Positions 10,160 to 19,721 of a stretch of 64,000 nucleotides of DNA are shown in pieces. The notes below the pieces were generated by a model. The model ran no database searches. It saw only the letters and a program-made list of their open reading frames with translations, and was not told the DNA's origin. Both the position numbers and the translations under genes were made by a program. Source of the stretch: an uncultured delta proteobacterium (lineage in GTDB: Bacteria; Myxococcota; Myxococcia; Myxococcales; Anaeromyxobacteraceae); the NCBI GenBank assembly GCA_963814585.1, contig CAWFDF010000014.1, forward strand, positions 448,001 through 512,000. Reading direction: 5' to 3'. Positions within the stretch are counted from its first letter, which is position 1. Each line of letters starts with the position of its first letter.

Positions 10160-10677
10160 GGACCGGCAACCCACCGCGGCCAAGCCCCGCACGCCTCGCC
10201 CTGGTGGCCCTCCTTTCCGCCGTCGTGGCCCCGGGGGGAGCCGCCGCGGAGCCGGCGGCCGCCCGGGCCCCGGCGGCGCTGCCGGCCCGCGCCGAGGCCG
10301 AGGCCTGGTCGGTGGCGCTCGAGCTCCCGGCGGCGCTCCGCGCCGGGGAGCCGGCGCTGGCCAGGATCCGGCTCGCCGCCCGGTCCGGCCACCACGTCAA
10401 CCTGGAGTACCCGGCCTCCTTCCGGCCGGACGGTGCCGCCACCGCCGCCTTCGCCGGCCCGCGCGTGGGCCTGGCGGTGGCCGAGCGCCACCCCTGCGAG
10501 GGCCGTCGCGGCGAGACCTGCGAGGTGACGCTGGCGCTGCCGTTCACCCCGGGCGCCGCGCCCACGCGGATCTCGGGCCTGGTGTCCTTCAGCGTCTGCA
10601 CCGCCGACCGGTGCCTCATCGAGAAGGTGGCGCTGGCGGCCGAGGTCAGTTCACGAACCGCCGCATCGCCACGTTGA
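10156..10677 (+). CDS. Secreted DsbD N-terminal-like (Ig-fold) protein
   Basis: GTG overlaps the redoxin stop (GTGA); signal peptide; GHHVN.EYP; C-terminal SVCTADRC cysteine pair. Confidence 0.65.
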   Translation: MRTGNPPRPSPARLALVALLSAVVAPGGAAAEPAAARAPAALPARAEAEAWSVALELPAALRAGEPALARIRLAARSGHHVNLEYPASFRPDGAATAAFAGPRVGLAVAERHPCEGRRGETCEVTLALPFTPGAAPTRISGLVSFSVCTADRCLIEKVALAAEVSSRTAASPR

Positions 10678-11764
10678 TCAGCAGGCCGAGCCCCAGGAAG
10701 ACCGAGAGCACCGACGAGCCGCCGTAGCTGAAGAGCGGCAGCGTCACGCCCACCACCGGCAGCACCCCGGTGACCATCCCGATGTTGACGGTCATCTGCC
10801 AGAAGATCATCGCCGTCACGCCCACCGCCAGGAAGTGACCGAAGCGATCGCGGGCGTTGCCGGCGATGTCCACCGCCGCGGCGATGAGCCAGAAGTAGAG
10901 CGCCAGCAGCAGCAGGCTGCCGGCGAAGCCATGCTCCTCGGCCCAGACCGAGAAGATGAAGTCGGTGTGCTGCTCGGGCAGGAACGACAGCATGGTCTGT
11001 GTCCCCTGCCCCCAGCCCTTGCCGAGCCCCTGGCCCGAGCCCACTGCGATCTTCGACTGCATGGCGTGATAGCCGGCGCCGAGCGCGTCGCCTTCCGGGT
11101 TGAGGAAGGACTCGACCCGCTTCCTCTGGTACGGCTTGAGCTTCGGGTAGGCCAGGGTGGCGCCGACGGCGGCCACCGCCACCAGCGCCGCCAGCGTCCG
11201 CCAGCTGACGCGGGAGAAGAGCAGCATGGTGCCGCCGATGGCCACCACCACCAGCGCGGTGCCCAGATCGGGCTGGCGCAGGATGAGCCCGGCCGGCAGG
11301 AGGGTGATGCCGATGGGCACGAGCATCCCCTTCAGGCCACGCGGCGCCTTGCGGCGCTCCTCGTCGAGGTGGAACCAGCTGGCCAGCGCCATGATCACGG
11401 CGATCTTGGCCAGCTCGGACGGCTGCAGGTTGAGCGCCCCGAACCCGATCCAGCGGCGCGCTCCCATCACCACCCGCCCCTTCACCAGGACCACCAGCAG
11501 CAGCACCACCACCAGGCCGTAGAAGACCCAGGCCAGCCGCTGGTAGGCCCGGTGGTCGAAGAGCGTGACGAGCAGGGCCAGCACCGCACCGGCCGCCATG
11601 AACCAGGCCTGCGCGATCCAGACTGGCGCGTGCGCCGTGCGGGAAGCCGAGGCGAGGTTCCAGATCCCGAGCGCGCAGATGGCCAGCACCGCCACGGCGA
11701 CGTGCCACGGGAAGAGGTCGAGCCGGCGCCGCTCGGTGGCGGCGGTGAGGGAGACGTCAGCCAT
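10646..11764 (-). CDS. rodA: Rod shape-determining protein RodA
   Basis: GARRW, QPSELAK, QPDLGT, QS.IAVGSG, LPEQHTDFIF, P..GVTLP.FSYGGSS. Confidence 0.96.
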   Translation of the reverse strand: MADVSLTAATERRRLDLFPWHVAVAVLAICALGIWNLASASRTAHAPVWIAQAWFMAAGAVLALLVTLFDHRAYQRLAWVFYGLVVVLLLVVLVKGRVVMGARRWIGFGALNLQPSELAKIAVIMALASWFHLDEERRKAPRGLKGMLVPIGITLLPAGLILRQPDLGTALVVVAIGGTMLLFSRVSWRTLAALVAVAAVGATLAYPKLKPYQRKRVESFLNPEGDALGAGYHAMQSKIAVGSGQGLGKGWGQGTQTMLSFLPEQHTDFIFSVWAEEHGFAGSLLLLALYFWLIAAAVDIAGNARDRFGHFLAVGVTAMIFWQMTVNIGMVTGVLPVVGVTLPLFSYGGSSVLSVFLGLGLLINVAMRRFVN

Positions 11765-13784
11765 GCCAGGCCTCCCGACCGGCTGGCGCCGCGCCCAGCT
11801 TGGGCCGGTCGGCCCGTCCCGGGTCGGCGGGAGGCGGCGGAGCTCCGGGCGGCGGCGCCGTGGGGACCTCGGGGAACATCCGGCCGCGCTCCGCCTCGTC
11901 CTGGGCCTTCAGCCTGAAGTACGCCTTGACCAGCTCCACCGCGGTGGGCGCCGCGTTGGTGGCGCCGAAGCCGGAGTGCTCGTTGAGCACCACCACCACC
12001 ACCTGCGGATCGTCGGCGGGCGCGAAGACGGCGAACCAGGCGTGGTCGCGCTCGAAGTAGCCCACCTGCTCGGCCTTGAGCCGCCGCGCCCCCAGCTTCA
12101 CCACCTGCGCCGTGCCGGTCTTGCCCGCCATGATCACGTCGGGGAGCCGCTGGAAGTAGGCGGTGCCATAAGGCTGGTTGACGGCGGCCAGCAGCCCCTT
12201 CAGCACCGCCTCGCGCGTGGAGGGCTTCAGGTCCACCCGCCCCCGCTCCTCGGGAGCGAACTCCTGCAACGCCTCCCCGCCGGCCGTCTCGACGCGCAGC
12301 ACCACCTGCGGCTTCCAGATGATGCCCGTCGCCAGCGCCCCGTAGAGGACCAGCTGCTGCATGGGCGTGACGTTCACGTCGCCCTGGCCGATGGCGAGGT
12401 TGACCGCCATGCCCTTCTGGTAGCCGCCGGGGATCCGCTCGTCGTGCCAGGCCACGTCCGGGATGACCCCGGGGACCTCGCCGGCGATGTCGAAGCCGGT
12501 GGGCGCACCCAGCCCGAGCTTGCGAGCCCAGGTGGCGATGAGGTCGGCGCCCAGCTGCGCCCCGGCCTGGTAGTAGAAGACGTCGCAGCTGGCCCCCAGG
12601 GCGTGCGTGAAGTCGACGGCGCCGTGGCCCGCCTCGTTGTCGCAGCGCCAGCGCATCGCCCCCATGTTGAAGTGGCCCGGGCAGTTGACCACCGTGCCCG
12701 GCCGGTAAATCCCCTCCTCCAGCGCCGCGATCGAGGTGACGGCCTTGAACGTGGAGCCGGGGTGGTAGTGCTGCTGGATGGCCCGGAAGAGCTCGGGCTG
12801 GAGCGGGTCGTCGTGGATCCGGGCCAGCTCGGCCGAGGTGATGCGCCCGGACATCTTGTTGGGGTCGGGCGCGGGGCGGTCGACCAGCGCCAGCAGGAAG
12901 CCGGTCTTGGCGTCCATGGCCAGCACCACGCCGGCCGTGGCCGGGAAGGTCCTCTCGGCCAGCTCCTGCAGCCGCCAGTCCAGGGAGAGGACCAGGTTGC
13001 GCCCGGGCGTCGCCGGAACCAGCCGGTTCTCCTCGGCGATGAAGCCGCCCTCCTTCTCGCGGCCCTTGGCGTCCACGGCGATGCGCCGCTTGCCGTCCAC
13101 GCCGCGCAGCTCGCGCTCGAACCGCTTCTCCAGCCCGCGCCGCCCGGTGTAGTCCCCGAGCAGGTACGGCCCCTGGGGGCTGGCGGAGCGCGCCAGCTCG
13201 TCGTTGAGCCGCCGCTGCTCGTCGGGGCCGACCTCGTTCATGTAGCCGATGAGGTGGCCGCCCAGCGCCCCGTAGCGGTAGCTCCGGTGGGGCATGGGCT
13301 GGACGTCCACGCCCGGCAGGTCCATGGCGTTGGCCTCCAGCACGTCCAGCTCCTCCCGCTTCACGTCCACCTTCACCGTGAACGGACGGAACCGCTCCAG
13401 CTTGCGGGCGCCGGCCAGCTGCGCCTGGGCCCGCTCCACCTCCTCGGGCGAGAGCGAGAGCACCGCCGCCAGCCGGCCGAGGATCTCGCCGCACTGCTTG
13501 CCGCAGTAGAACGGCGTCAGCGTGACGTTGAAGCTGGGACGCGAGTCGACCAGCATCCTGTGGTTGCGATCGAGGATCTGACCGCGATCGGCCGGCACCC
13601 GCAGCTCCTTGACGTAGTTCTCGTCGGCCTTCCCCTTCAGCTCGTCGCCGCGGACGATCTGCAGCTGGAAGAGCCGCGCCGCCAGCGTCAGGAAGGCGGC
13701 CACCACCACCACCGTGGCCCAGGCCAGGCGCGGCCTGAACTCGCGCTGCACGGCGCCGCCCGGCGTGGTGGGGAGGATCGACAT
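11757..13784 (-). CDS. mrdA: Penicillin-binding protein 2
   Basis: N-terminal TM, RG.I.DRN, PGSTFK (SxxK), SCD.FY, GKTGTAQ. Confidence 0.96.
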   Translation of the reverse strand: MSILPTTPGGAVQREFRPRLAWATVVVVAAFLTLAARLFQLQIVRGDELKGKADENYVKELRVPADRGQILDRNHRMLVDSRPSFNVTLTPFYCGKQCGEILGRLAAVLSLSPEEVERAQAQLAGARKLERFRPFTVKVDVKREELDVLEANAMDLPGVDVQPMPHRSYRYGALGGHLIGYMNEVGPDEQRRLNDELARSASPQGPYLLGDYTGRRGLEKRFERELRGVDGKRRIAVDAKGREKEGGFIAEENRLVPATPGRNLVLSLDWRLQELAERTFPATAGVVLAMDAKTGFLLALVDRPAPDPNKMSGRITSAELARIHDDPLQPELFRAIQQHYHPGSTFKAVTSIAALEEGIYRPGTVVNCPGHFNMGAMRWRCDNEAGHGAVDFTHALGASCDVFYYQAGAQLGADLIATWARKLGLGAPTGFDIAGEVPGVIPDVAWHDERIPGGYQKGMAVNLAIGQGDVNVTPMQQLVLYGALATGIIWKPQVVLRVETAGGEALQEFAPEERGRVDLKPSTREAVLKGLLAAVNQPYGTAYFQRLPDVIMAGKTGTAQVVKLGARRLKAEQVGYFERDHAWFAVFAPADDPQVVVVVLNEHSGFGATNAAPTAVELVKAYFRLKAQDEAERGRMFPEVPTAPPPGAPPPPADPGRADRPKLGAAPAGREAWHG

Positions 13785-13791
13785 GACGTCC

Positions 13792-14301
13792 CTACGGCGC
13801 GAGCTCCGACGCCTGCTCGCCGAGCAGCCCGTCGAGCCGGCGCAAGCCCCAGAGCAGGAGCGGCGACGCCAGCGCGGTCAGCAGCGCGCCCAGCGCGATG
13901 CGTGGCAGCAGCGCCCACGACGGCCGCAGCTCGGGCGCCGCGACCGAGCGGGTGATGGCCACCGCGCCGGCCGAGAGGGCGAAGGCCGCCAGGCCGCTGA
14001 CCGCGGCGCGGCTCGCCCACCCGCGCACCTCCACCCCCTGCCGGATCAACCGGACGGCGAGGTAGGCGACCACCGCCAGCGCGGTGAGCAGCCCCTTGGT
14101 CCCGCCCCCCGCCACGTCGAGGACGAAGCCGACCCCGGCCGCGGCCAGCGCGCCGTCGACCAGCTCGGTGGTGAGCGCGAGGTGGACCACCAGCACCACC
14201 GGCAAGCAGAGCGTGAAGGCGCCGCCGCCGAGGTGGTGCAGCAGCGCCGCCTGCAGGCCCACCAGGGCCAGGGCCACCGCCGCGTGGAGCACCGGCCTCA
14301 T
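13792..14301 (-). CDS. mreD: Rod shape-determining protein MreD
   Basis: Hydrophobic 169-aa ORF with G...D..G motif, located between mreC and mrdA. Confidence 0.8.
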   Translation of the reverse strand: MRPVLHAAVALALVGLQAALLHHLGGGAFTLCLPVVLVVHLALTTELVDGALAAAGVGFVLDVAGGGTKGLLTALAVVAYLAVRLIRQGVEVRGWASRAAVSGLAAFALSAGAVAITRSVAAPELRPSWALLPRIALGALLTALASPLLLWGLRRLDGLLGEQASELAP

Positions 14302-14302
14302 G

Positions 14303-15178
14303 TCACGGCCCCCTCCCGGGCGACAGCGACGCCGGCAGCAGCTCGCGATCGCGCGCCCCCGAGGTGATCACCAGCACCTCCTCCACCCGCGTCGGATCGA
14401 CGCTGGGGATCACCGAGCCCTCCAGGAAGAGGCCGTGGGACGCCCGCTGCAGCCGGGTGACCCGCCCCACCGGCAGGCCAGCCGGGAAGACGGCGTCGGT
14501 CCCCGACGTCACCAGCAGGTCGCCCTCGATGACGTCCTCGCTGCGGACGGCGTGGTCGAACCGTGCCAGGCCGGGCTGGCCGAGACCGCGCACGTTGGCC
14601 CGCGCCCGCGTGCGCTCCACCCGGACCGCGATCGAGGAGTTGCGGTCGATGGCCAGCAGCACGTCGGCGCTGCCGCCGCCGGTGGAGTGGATTCGCCCCA
14701 GCACGCCATCGGCGGTGATCACCGGCATCCCGCGCGAGAGCCCGTCGTCGCTCCCCTTGTCGAGGGTGACCAGCTGGAGTCCCGACGGCTCGGCCCGGAC
14801 GCCGATGACCCGGGCGCCGGTGTAGCTGCGCGCCGGGGTTGCCTCGGCCATCGCCAGCAGCCGCCGCAGCCGATCGTTCTCGCCGGCCTCGTGCTGGAGC
14901 TGCTGCACCTGCAGCAGGAGCGACTGCTTCTCCTTCAGCAGCGCGGCGGAGCGCTGGTGGGAGCCGCGCAGCGCCACGTAGCCGTTCCAGGCCTCGAGCG
15001 TCCCGACCACCGCGGCGCCCACCACCTTCTCGAGCGGGGCCACGATCGAGAGGACGGCGCGATCGACGCGCGAGAGCTGGCCCGGCCTCTTGGCATTCGC
15101 GAAGAAGACGGCCAGCGGGAAGAGGAGCAGGACCACGACGAGGATGGGCTCGCGGTACCGCTTGAGGAGGGACAGCAC
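14303..15178 (-). CDS. mreC: Rod shape-determining protein MreC
   Basis: TM plus coiled coil ENDRLRRLL, DKGS.DG, GD.LVTSG...FP.GLPVG.V. Confidence 0.94.
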   Translation of the reverse strand: MLSLLKRYREPILVVVLLLFPLAVFFANAKRPGQLSRVDRAVLSIVAPLEKVVGAAVVGTLEAWNGYVALRGSHQRSAALLKEKQSLLLQVQQLQHEAGENDRLRRLLAMAEATPARSYTGARVIGVRAEPSGLQLVTLDKGSDDGLSRGMPVITADGVLGRIHSTGGGSADVLLAIDRNSSIAVRVERTRARANVRGLGQPGLARFDHAVRSEDVIEGDLLVTSGTDAVFPAGLPVGRVTRLQRASHGLFLEGSVIPSVDPTRVEEVLVITSGARDRELLPASLSPGRGP

Positions 15179-15204
15179 GAGGTCTCCGAGCGGGGCAAAA
15201 TCCC

Positions 15205-15232
15205 TTGCATTTTAGCGACTGTCGACTAGGTT
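15205..15232 (+). promoter_or_regulatory. Putative sigma70 promoter for ppiD (TTGCAT-N16-TAGGTT)
   Basis: AT-rich patch in the divergent mreC/ppiD intergenic region. Confidence 0.4.
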
Positions 15233-15301
15233 CATCAACCTTCCGGCGCCCGGCGGGCACCGATTTCTCCCACGCCACTCGTCACAGGAGTCGAAGGGCC
15301 C

Positions 15302-16867
15302 ATGCTGGACAATCTCAGAGCGAACAAGGGCGGCCTCATCACCTACGTCTTCCTGTTCGCCATCATCATCGTCTTCGTGGTCAGCTTCGGGCCCGGTTCG
15401 TTCGACAAGGGCTGCTCCGGCGGGCAGGAGGGGGCCTGGGCCGCCAGGGTGGATGGCCAGGCGATCCCCGTCGCCGAGTACGAGCGGGCCTACGCCAACC
15501 TGCTGCGCGGCTTCCAGCAGCAGGCCGGCCAGGCCTTCTCGCGCGAGCTGGCCGAGCAGCTGGGGCTCTCCCGGATCGCCCTCGACCAGGTGGTCGACCG
15601 GACCCTGGTGGTCGCCGAGGCCCGCAAGCATGGGCTGGCCATCTCCGACCAGGAGCTGGCCCGCGCCATCCTGGAGATCCCCGGCTTCCAGGCCGACGGC
15701 AGGTTCGACCGCGAGGGGTACCAGCGCGCGGTGGCCAGCGCCTACGGCTCGGAGAGCCGGTTCGAGGCGGTGATGCGCGAGGATCTGCTCTACCAGCGGA
15801 TGCTGGCCGGGCTGCGCGAGACGGTGAAGGTCTCGGACGCCGAGGTGAGGTCGGCCTGGTCGGCCGAGCACGATCGGGCCTCCCTGGTCTTCGTCCGCTT
15901 CCCGCTCGCCGGCGCCCGCCTCGAGGTCAAGAGGCCGGACCCGGCCGAGGTGGCCGCCTTCTCCGCCAGGCAGGGGGCGCGCATCGAGAAGTTCTGGAAG
16001 GAGAACCCGGCCCGCTTCGACCAGCCGAAGAAGGTCAAGGCCCGCCACATCCTGGTGAAGGTGGCCCCCGGCGGCGACGAGGCCGCGGCCCGTGCCCGGA
16101 TCGAGGCCCTGGCGGCGCGGGTGCAGAAGGGCGAGCCCTTCGGCAAGGTGGCCCAGCAGGGCTCCGACGACCAGAACACCAGGGCGCGCGGCGGGGAGCT
16201 GGGCTTCATCAGCGAGGGGCTGGTCGAGAAGCCGTTCGCCGAGGCCGCCATGGCGCTGGCGCCGGGCAAGGTCTCCGGGCCGGTCCGGACCGGCTCCGGC
16301 TTCCACCTCATCCAGGTGGACGAGGTGGTCGAGGCCCGCCAGGTCCCGCTCGAGGTGGCTCGTCCCCTGATCGCGGCCGAGCTGCTGGTCGAGGATCGCG
16401 CCGCGGCCCTGGTCGCCGAGCGGAGCGCCGCGGCGCTGGCCGCCGTGAAGGGCGGGCAGTCGCTCACCGCGCTCTTCCCGGCGGAGGCACCCGGCAAGCG
16501 GGTGGTGAAGCTGGGCGGGCTCACCGTGGCCGCCGAGTCGACCGGCCTCTTCGGCGGCGAGGCCGCTTACCTGCCCAAGCTCGGCAACGTCCCGGGCCTT
16601 GGCGCCGCGGCGCTGTCCGGCGCCGTGGGGAAGCCGCTGCCGTCCGTCTACCCCTCGGTGCAGGGGCCGGTGGTGGCGGTGGTGGAGAAGCGAGAGCAGC
16701 CGGACGCCTCGCGCTTCGAGGCCCAGCGGGCCGACGTGGCCACGCGGCTGCGAAACCGGCGCGAGTCGCAGGTCCAGGCCGCCTGGGTGAAGCAGCTGCG
16801 CGAGGCCTCCAAGGTCGAGCTCAATCCGGCGCTGGCGTCGGGCCCGGTCCGGCCCGAGGCCGGCTAG
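15302..16867 (+). CDS. ppiD: PpiD/SurA-N domain parvulin-type peptidyl-prolyl isomerase
   Basis: N-terminal TM, SurA_N-like region (F..DG.FD...Y), ARHIL, GGELG, GPVRT..GFHLI rotamase motifs. Confidence 0.85.
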   Translation: MLDNLRANKGGLITYVFLFAIIIVFVVSFGPGSFDKGCSGGQEGAWAARVDGQAIPVAEYERAYANLLRGFQQQAGQAFSRELAEQLGLSRIALDQVVDRTLVVAEARKHGLAISDQELARAILEIPGFQADGRFDREGYQRAVASAYGSESRFEAVMREDLLYQRMLAGLRETVKVSDAEVRSAWSAEHDRASLVFVRFPLAGARLEVKRPDPAEVAAFSARQGARIEKFWKENPARFDQPKKVKARHILVKVAPGGDEAAARARIEALAARVQKGEPFGKVAQQGSDDQNTRARGGELGFISEGLVEKPFAEAAMALAPGKVSGPVRTGSGFHLIQVDEVVEARQVPLEVARPLIAAELLVEDRAAALVAERSAAALAAVKGGQSLTALFPAEAPGKRVVKLGGLTVAAESTGLFGGEAAYLPKLGNVPGLGAAALSGAVGKPLPSVYPSVQGPVVAVVEKREQPDASRFEAQRADVATRLRNRRESQVQAAWVKQLREASKVELNPALASGPVRPEAG

Positions 16868-16876
16868 CCCGACGCC

Positions 16877-17449
16877 ATGGTCCTGACGCTGGCCTCCTCG
16901 AGCCCGCGCCGCCGCGAGCTGCTGGGCGGGCTGGGCTTCACGCTGGAGGTCCGTCCCGCCCACGCCGACGAGTCGGTCCGCGCCGGGGAGCCACCCGGCG
17001 ACTACGCCCGGCGCGTGGCCCAATCCAAGGCCAGGGCGGTCGACGGCGAGCTGGTGCTGGCCGCCGACACCACGGTGGCCGTCGACGGCCAGATCCTGGG
17101 AAAGCCGTCGGACGCCGGCGACGCGGCCCGCATGCTCCGGCTCCTCTCCGGCCGGACCCACCAGGTGATCTCGGCGGTCTGCGTCCGGCGCCCCGCGCTG
17201 CGGCTGGAGTTCTCCGCGGTGGTGAGCACCGAGGTGGACGTGGCGCCGCTCGACGAGCGGGTCATCGCCTGGTACGTCGACACCGGCGAGCCGCTCGACA
17301 AGGCCGGCGCCTACGCCGTGCAGGGGCGCTTCGGCGCCTTCGTGCGCGGGGTGCGGGGCAGCGTCACCGGCGTGATCGGGCTCCCGCTCGACGAGACGCT
17401 GGCGCTGCTGCGGCGCGCCGGCCACCCGCTCCCCTGGGAGCGGGCCTGA
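16877..17449 (+). CDS. maf: Maf family nucleoside triphosphate pyrophosphatase
   Basis: [36 protein letters not shown]. Confidence 0.94.
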   Translation: MVLTLASSSPRRRELLGGLGFTLEVRPAHADESVRAGEPPGDYARRVAQSKARAVDGELVLAADTTVAVDGQILGKPSDAGDAARMLRLLSGRTHQVISAVCVRRPALRLEFSAVVSTEVDVAPLDERVIAWYVDTGEPLDKAGAYAVQGRFGAFVRGVRGSVTGVIGLPLDETLALLRRAGHPLPWERA

Positions 17450-17512
17450 CCCGGCCATGACCACCGCCATCCCGCGCTCGAGGGGCCGGCGCCCTTCCGA
17501 GAGGACCCTCCC

Positions 17513-18589
17513 ATGTCGAGTCCCATCGCCCTGACGCTCCTGGCAGCGGTTTCGCTGCTCCAGGCTGCCGCGCCGCCGCCGCCGGCCAGGCGCGTCGAGG
17601 TCTATGCCCATCGCGGGATGCGGGCCTTCTCACCGGAGAACACGCTCCCCGCCTTCCAGGCGGCCCTCCGCATCGGCGCGGACTGGATCGACATGGACGT
17701 GGTCCTCACCAGGGACGACCAGGTCCTGGTCTCCCACGATCCCGTGCTCAACCCCGACATCACCCGCGACGAGCGGGGACGCTTCCTGGCCGCGAGCCGC
17801 GAGGCCCTGGAGCTCCGTCCGGCCGCCGAGCGGCTCGAGTACGAGCGGAAGTACGCGGTCCGGGGGCTCACCCTGGCGGAGCTGGCACGCTTCGACGTGG
17901 GACGGCTCAACCCGGACAGCGCCTACGCCAGGTTCTTCCCGGACCAGTTCCCCGTGGACGGGGCCCGGATGCCCACCCTCCGCGAGGTGGTGCGCTTCGC
18001 CGAGCGCGCCACCGGGAGGAGGACCCGCTTCCAGATCGAGATGAAGACCGACCCCTCCCGTCCCGACTCCAGCCCTCCGCCCCAGGCCTTTGCCGCGGCC
18101 GTGTACCGGGTGCTCGCGGAGGAAGGGATCCTCGACCGGGTCGAGGTCCACGCCTTCGACTTCAGGTGCCTCCACGAGCTCCAGAAGCTCGATCGGCGCG
18201 TCAGGACCGCCTACCTCACGTCGCGCGACAACGAGGCAGGGGGAGCGGACAGCTTCTTCGCGTCGGACCCGGGGATCGCCGGCCGCTGGACGGGCGGCAA
18301 GCTCGTGAAGGATCACGGCGGCTCCATCCCCGCGATGGTCAAGGCCCTGGGCGGATTCGCCTGGGACCCGGAGGACGCCGAGCTCACCAGGGAGTCGCTG
18401 GAGGAGGCCCATCGCCTGGGCCTCAAGGTGGTGGTGTGGAGCTGGCCCGAGAGGCTCGGGACCGCCTTCGACGCCGGGCTGACGGCCCGGATGATCGACT
18501 GGGGCGTCGACGGCATCATCACCGACGATCCCGCCCGGCTCGCCGCCATGCTCGCCGCGCGTGGCCGGCCCGTGCCCGACCGCCACTGA
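17513..18589 (+). CDS. Secreted glycerophosphodiester phosphodiesterase
   Basis: Signal peptide; AHRG, PENTL.AF, DV.LT.D...V.HD, IEMK, GVDGIITDDP. Confidence 0.9.
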   Translation: MSSPIALTLLAAVSLLQAAAPPPPARRVEVYAHRGMRAFSPENTLPAFQAALRIGADWIDMDVVLTRDDQVLVSHDPVLNPDITRDERGRFLAASREALELRPAAERLEYERKYAVRGLTLAELARFDVGRLNPDSAYARFFPDQFPVDGARMPTLREVVRFAERATGRRTRFQIEMKTDPSRPDSSPPPQAFAAAVYRVLAEEGILDRVEVHAFDFRCLHELQKLDRRVRTAYLTSRDNEAGGADSFFASDPGIAGRWTGGKLVKDHGGSIPAMVKALGGFAWDPEDAELTRESLEEAHRLGLKVVVWSWPERLGTAFDAGLTARMIDWGVDGIITDDPARLAAMLAARGRPVPDRH

Positions 18590-18625
18590 CGGCAGGTGAC
18601 ACGGGACCAGGTGTAGACTGCGGGC

Positions 18626-19279
18626 GTGAACGCCGCCGGGGAGCCCCTGACCATCGCCGCCCGCCTCGCCTCGGTTCGCGCCCGGCTGCCGGCCGGGGTC
18701 ACGCTGGTGGCCATCTCCAAGACGCAACCGCCCGAGGCCATCCGGGAGGCCCACGCGGCCGGGCAGCGCCACTTCGGCGAGAACTACGCCCAGGAGTGGC
18801 GGGCCAAGGCCGACGCCCTGGCCGATTTCGCCGGCCTCACCTGGCACTTCGTGGGCGGCCTGCAGACCAACAAGGTGAAGTACCTGGTCCCCCGCGCCGC
18901 ATGGATCGACACCCTCGACCGCGAGGAGCTGGCCCGCGAGCTCTCCCGGCGCTGCGCCGCCGCCGGGGCCACCGCCCACGTGCTCGTCGAGGTGAACCTG
19001 GGCGGCGAGGGACAGAAGTCGGGCTGCCTCCCCTCCCGGGTCGAGCCGCTGGTGGCGCTGGCGCGGCAGCTGCCCGGCCTGGAGGTGGCCGGCCTGATGT
19101 GCATCCCGCCGCCGCAGGACGAGCCCCGCCCCCACTTCGCCCGGCTGCGGGCGCTCCGCGACCAGCTCGGCCTGCGCGAGCTGTCGATGGGGATGAGCGC
19201 CGACTGGCCCATCGCGGTGGAGGAAGGGGCGACGCTCGTCCGGCTCGGCACCGCCATCTTCGGATCGCGAGGCCCCTGA
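18626..19279 (+). CDS. yggS: PLP homeostasis protein YggS
   Basis: VAISK, FGENYAQE, WHF.G.LQTNK, GLM.IP, LSMGMS.D, RLGTAIFG. Confidence 0.95.
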   Translation: MNAAGEPLTIAARLASVRARLPAGVTLVAISKTQPPEAIREAHAAGQRHFGENYAQEWRAKADALADFAGLTWHFVGGLQTNKVKYLVPRAAWIDTLDREELARELSRRCAAAGATAHVLVEVNLGGEGQKSGCLPSRVEPLVALARQLPGLEVAGLMCIPPPQDEPRPHFARLRALRDQLGLRELSMGMSADWPIAVEEGATLVRLGTAIFGSRGP

Positions 19280-19396
19280 TGGCGCGACCTTCAGGCCGCG
19301 CCGACCGCCTGGATCACAGCGCCCCTCGCCAGGCCTGAGCCCGGCGCCGCCAGGCGGGTGCGCCGCAGCAGGGATCGGGCCATGTGAGTGGCGCCA

Positions 19397-19615
19397 TCAG
19401 AGCAGCCGCAGCTTCAGCCGGCCCGAGTCGGTCACCGTCACCTTGAACTCGGCCCCGCAGTAGTAGCAGCGGATCTCCTCCCCGTTGCCGAACTTGTCGT
19501 CGTAGGGGTTGTTGGCCGCGCACTCGGGGCAGTCGAAGTCGCCGAAGCGGCGGGAGGCGCCCTCGCTGGTCTCGTCCTTCTCGTCGTCCTCGTCGTAGCC
19601 CTGGTCGACCGGCAT
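19397..19615 (-). CDS. Small zinc-ribbon protein (72 aa) with acidic N-terminus, LysW-like core
   Basis: CPEC...CYYCGAEF.V; GGGGAG SD upstream; GC3 bias. Confidence 0.75.
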   Translation of the reverse strand: MPVDQGYDEDDEKDETSEGASRRFGDFDCPECAANNPYDDKFGNGEEIRCYYCGAEFKVTVTDSGRLKLRLL

Positions 19616-19721
19616 GGCGGCTCCCCCTGCGGTGATGATGGCCGCCCTCCACCCGGGCGTCCACTCCCCCGGGCACGGGCCCGCTGGACGCCCGTCCCGG
19701 TCGAGGCGATGCTGCCGACCG

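Noticed and set aside
10646..15178. mreCD-mrdA-rodA operon without mreB
   Set aside because: To my knowledge mreB is encoded separately in myxobacteria, so its absence here is not unusual
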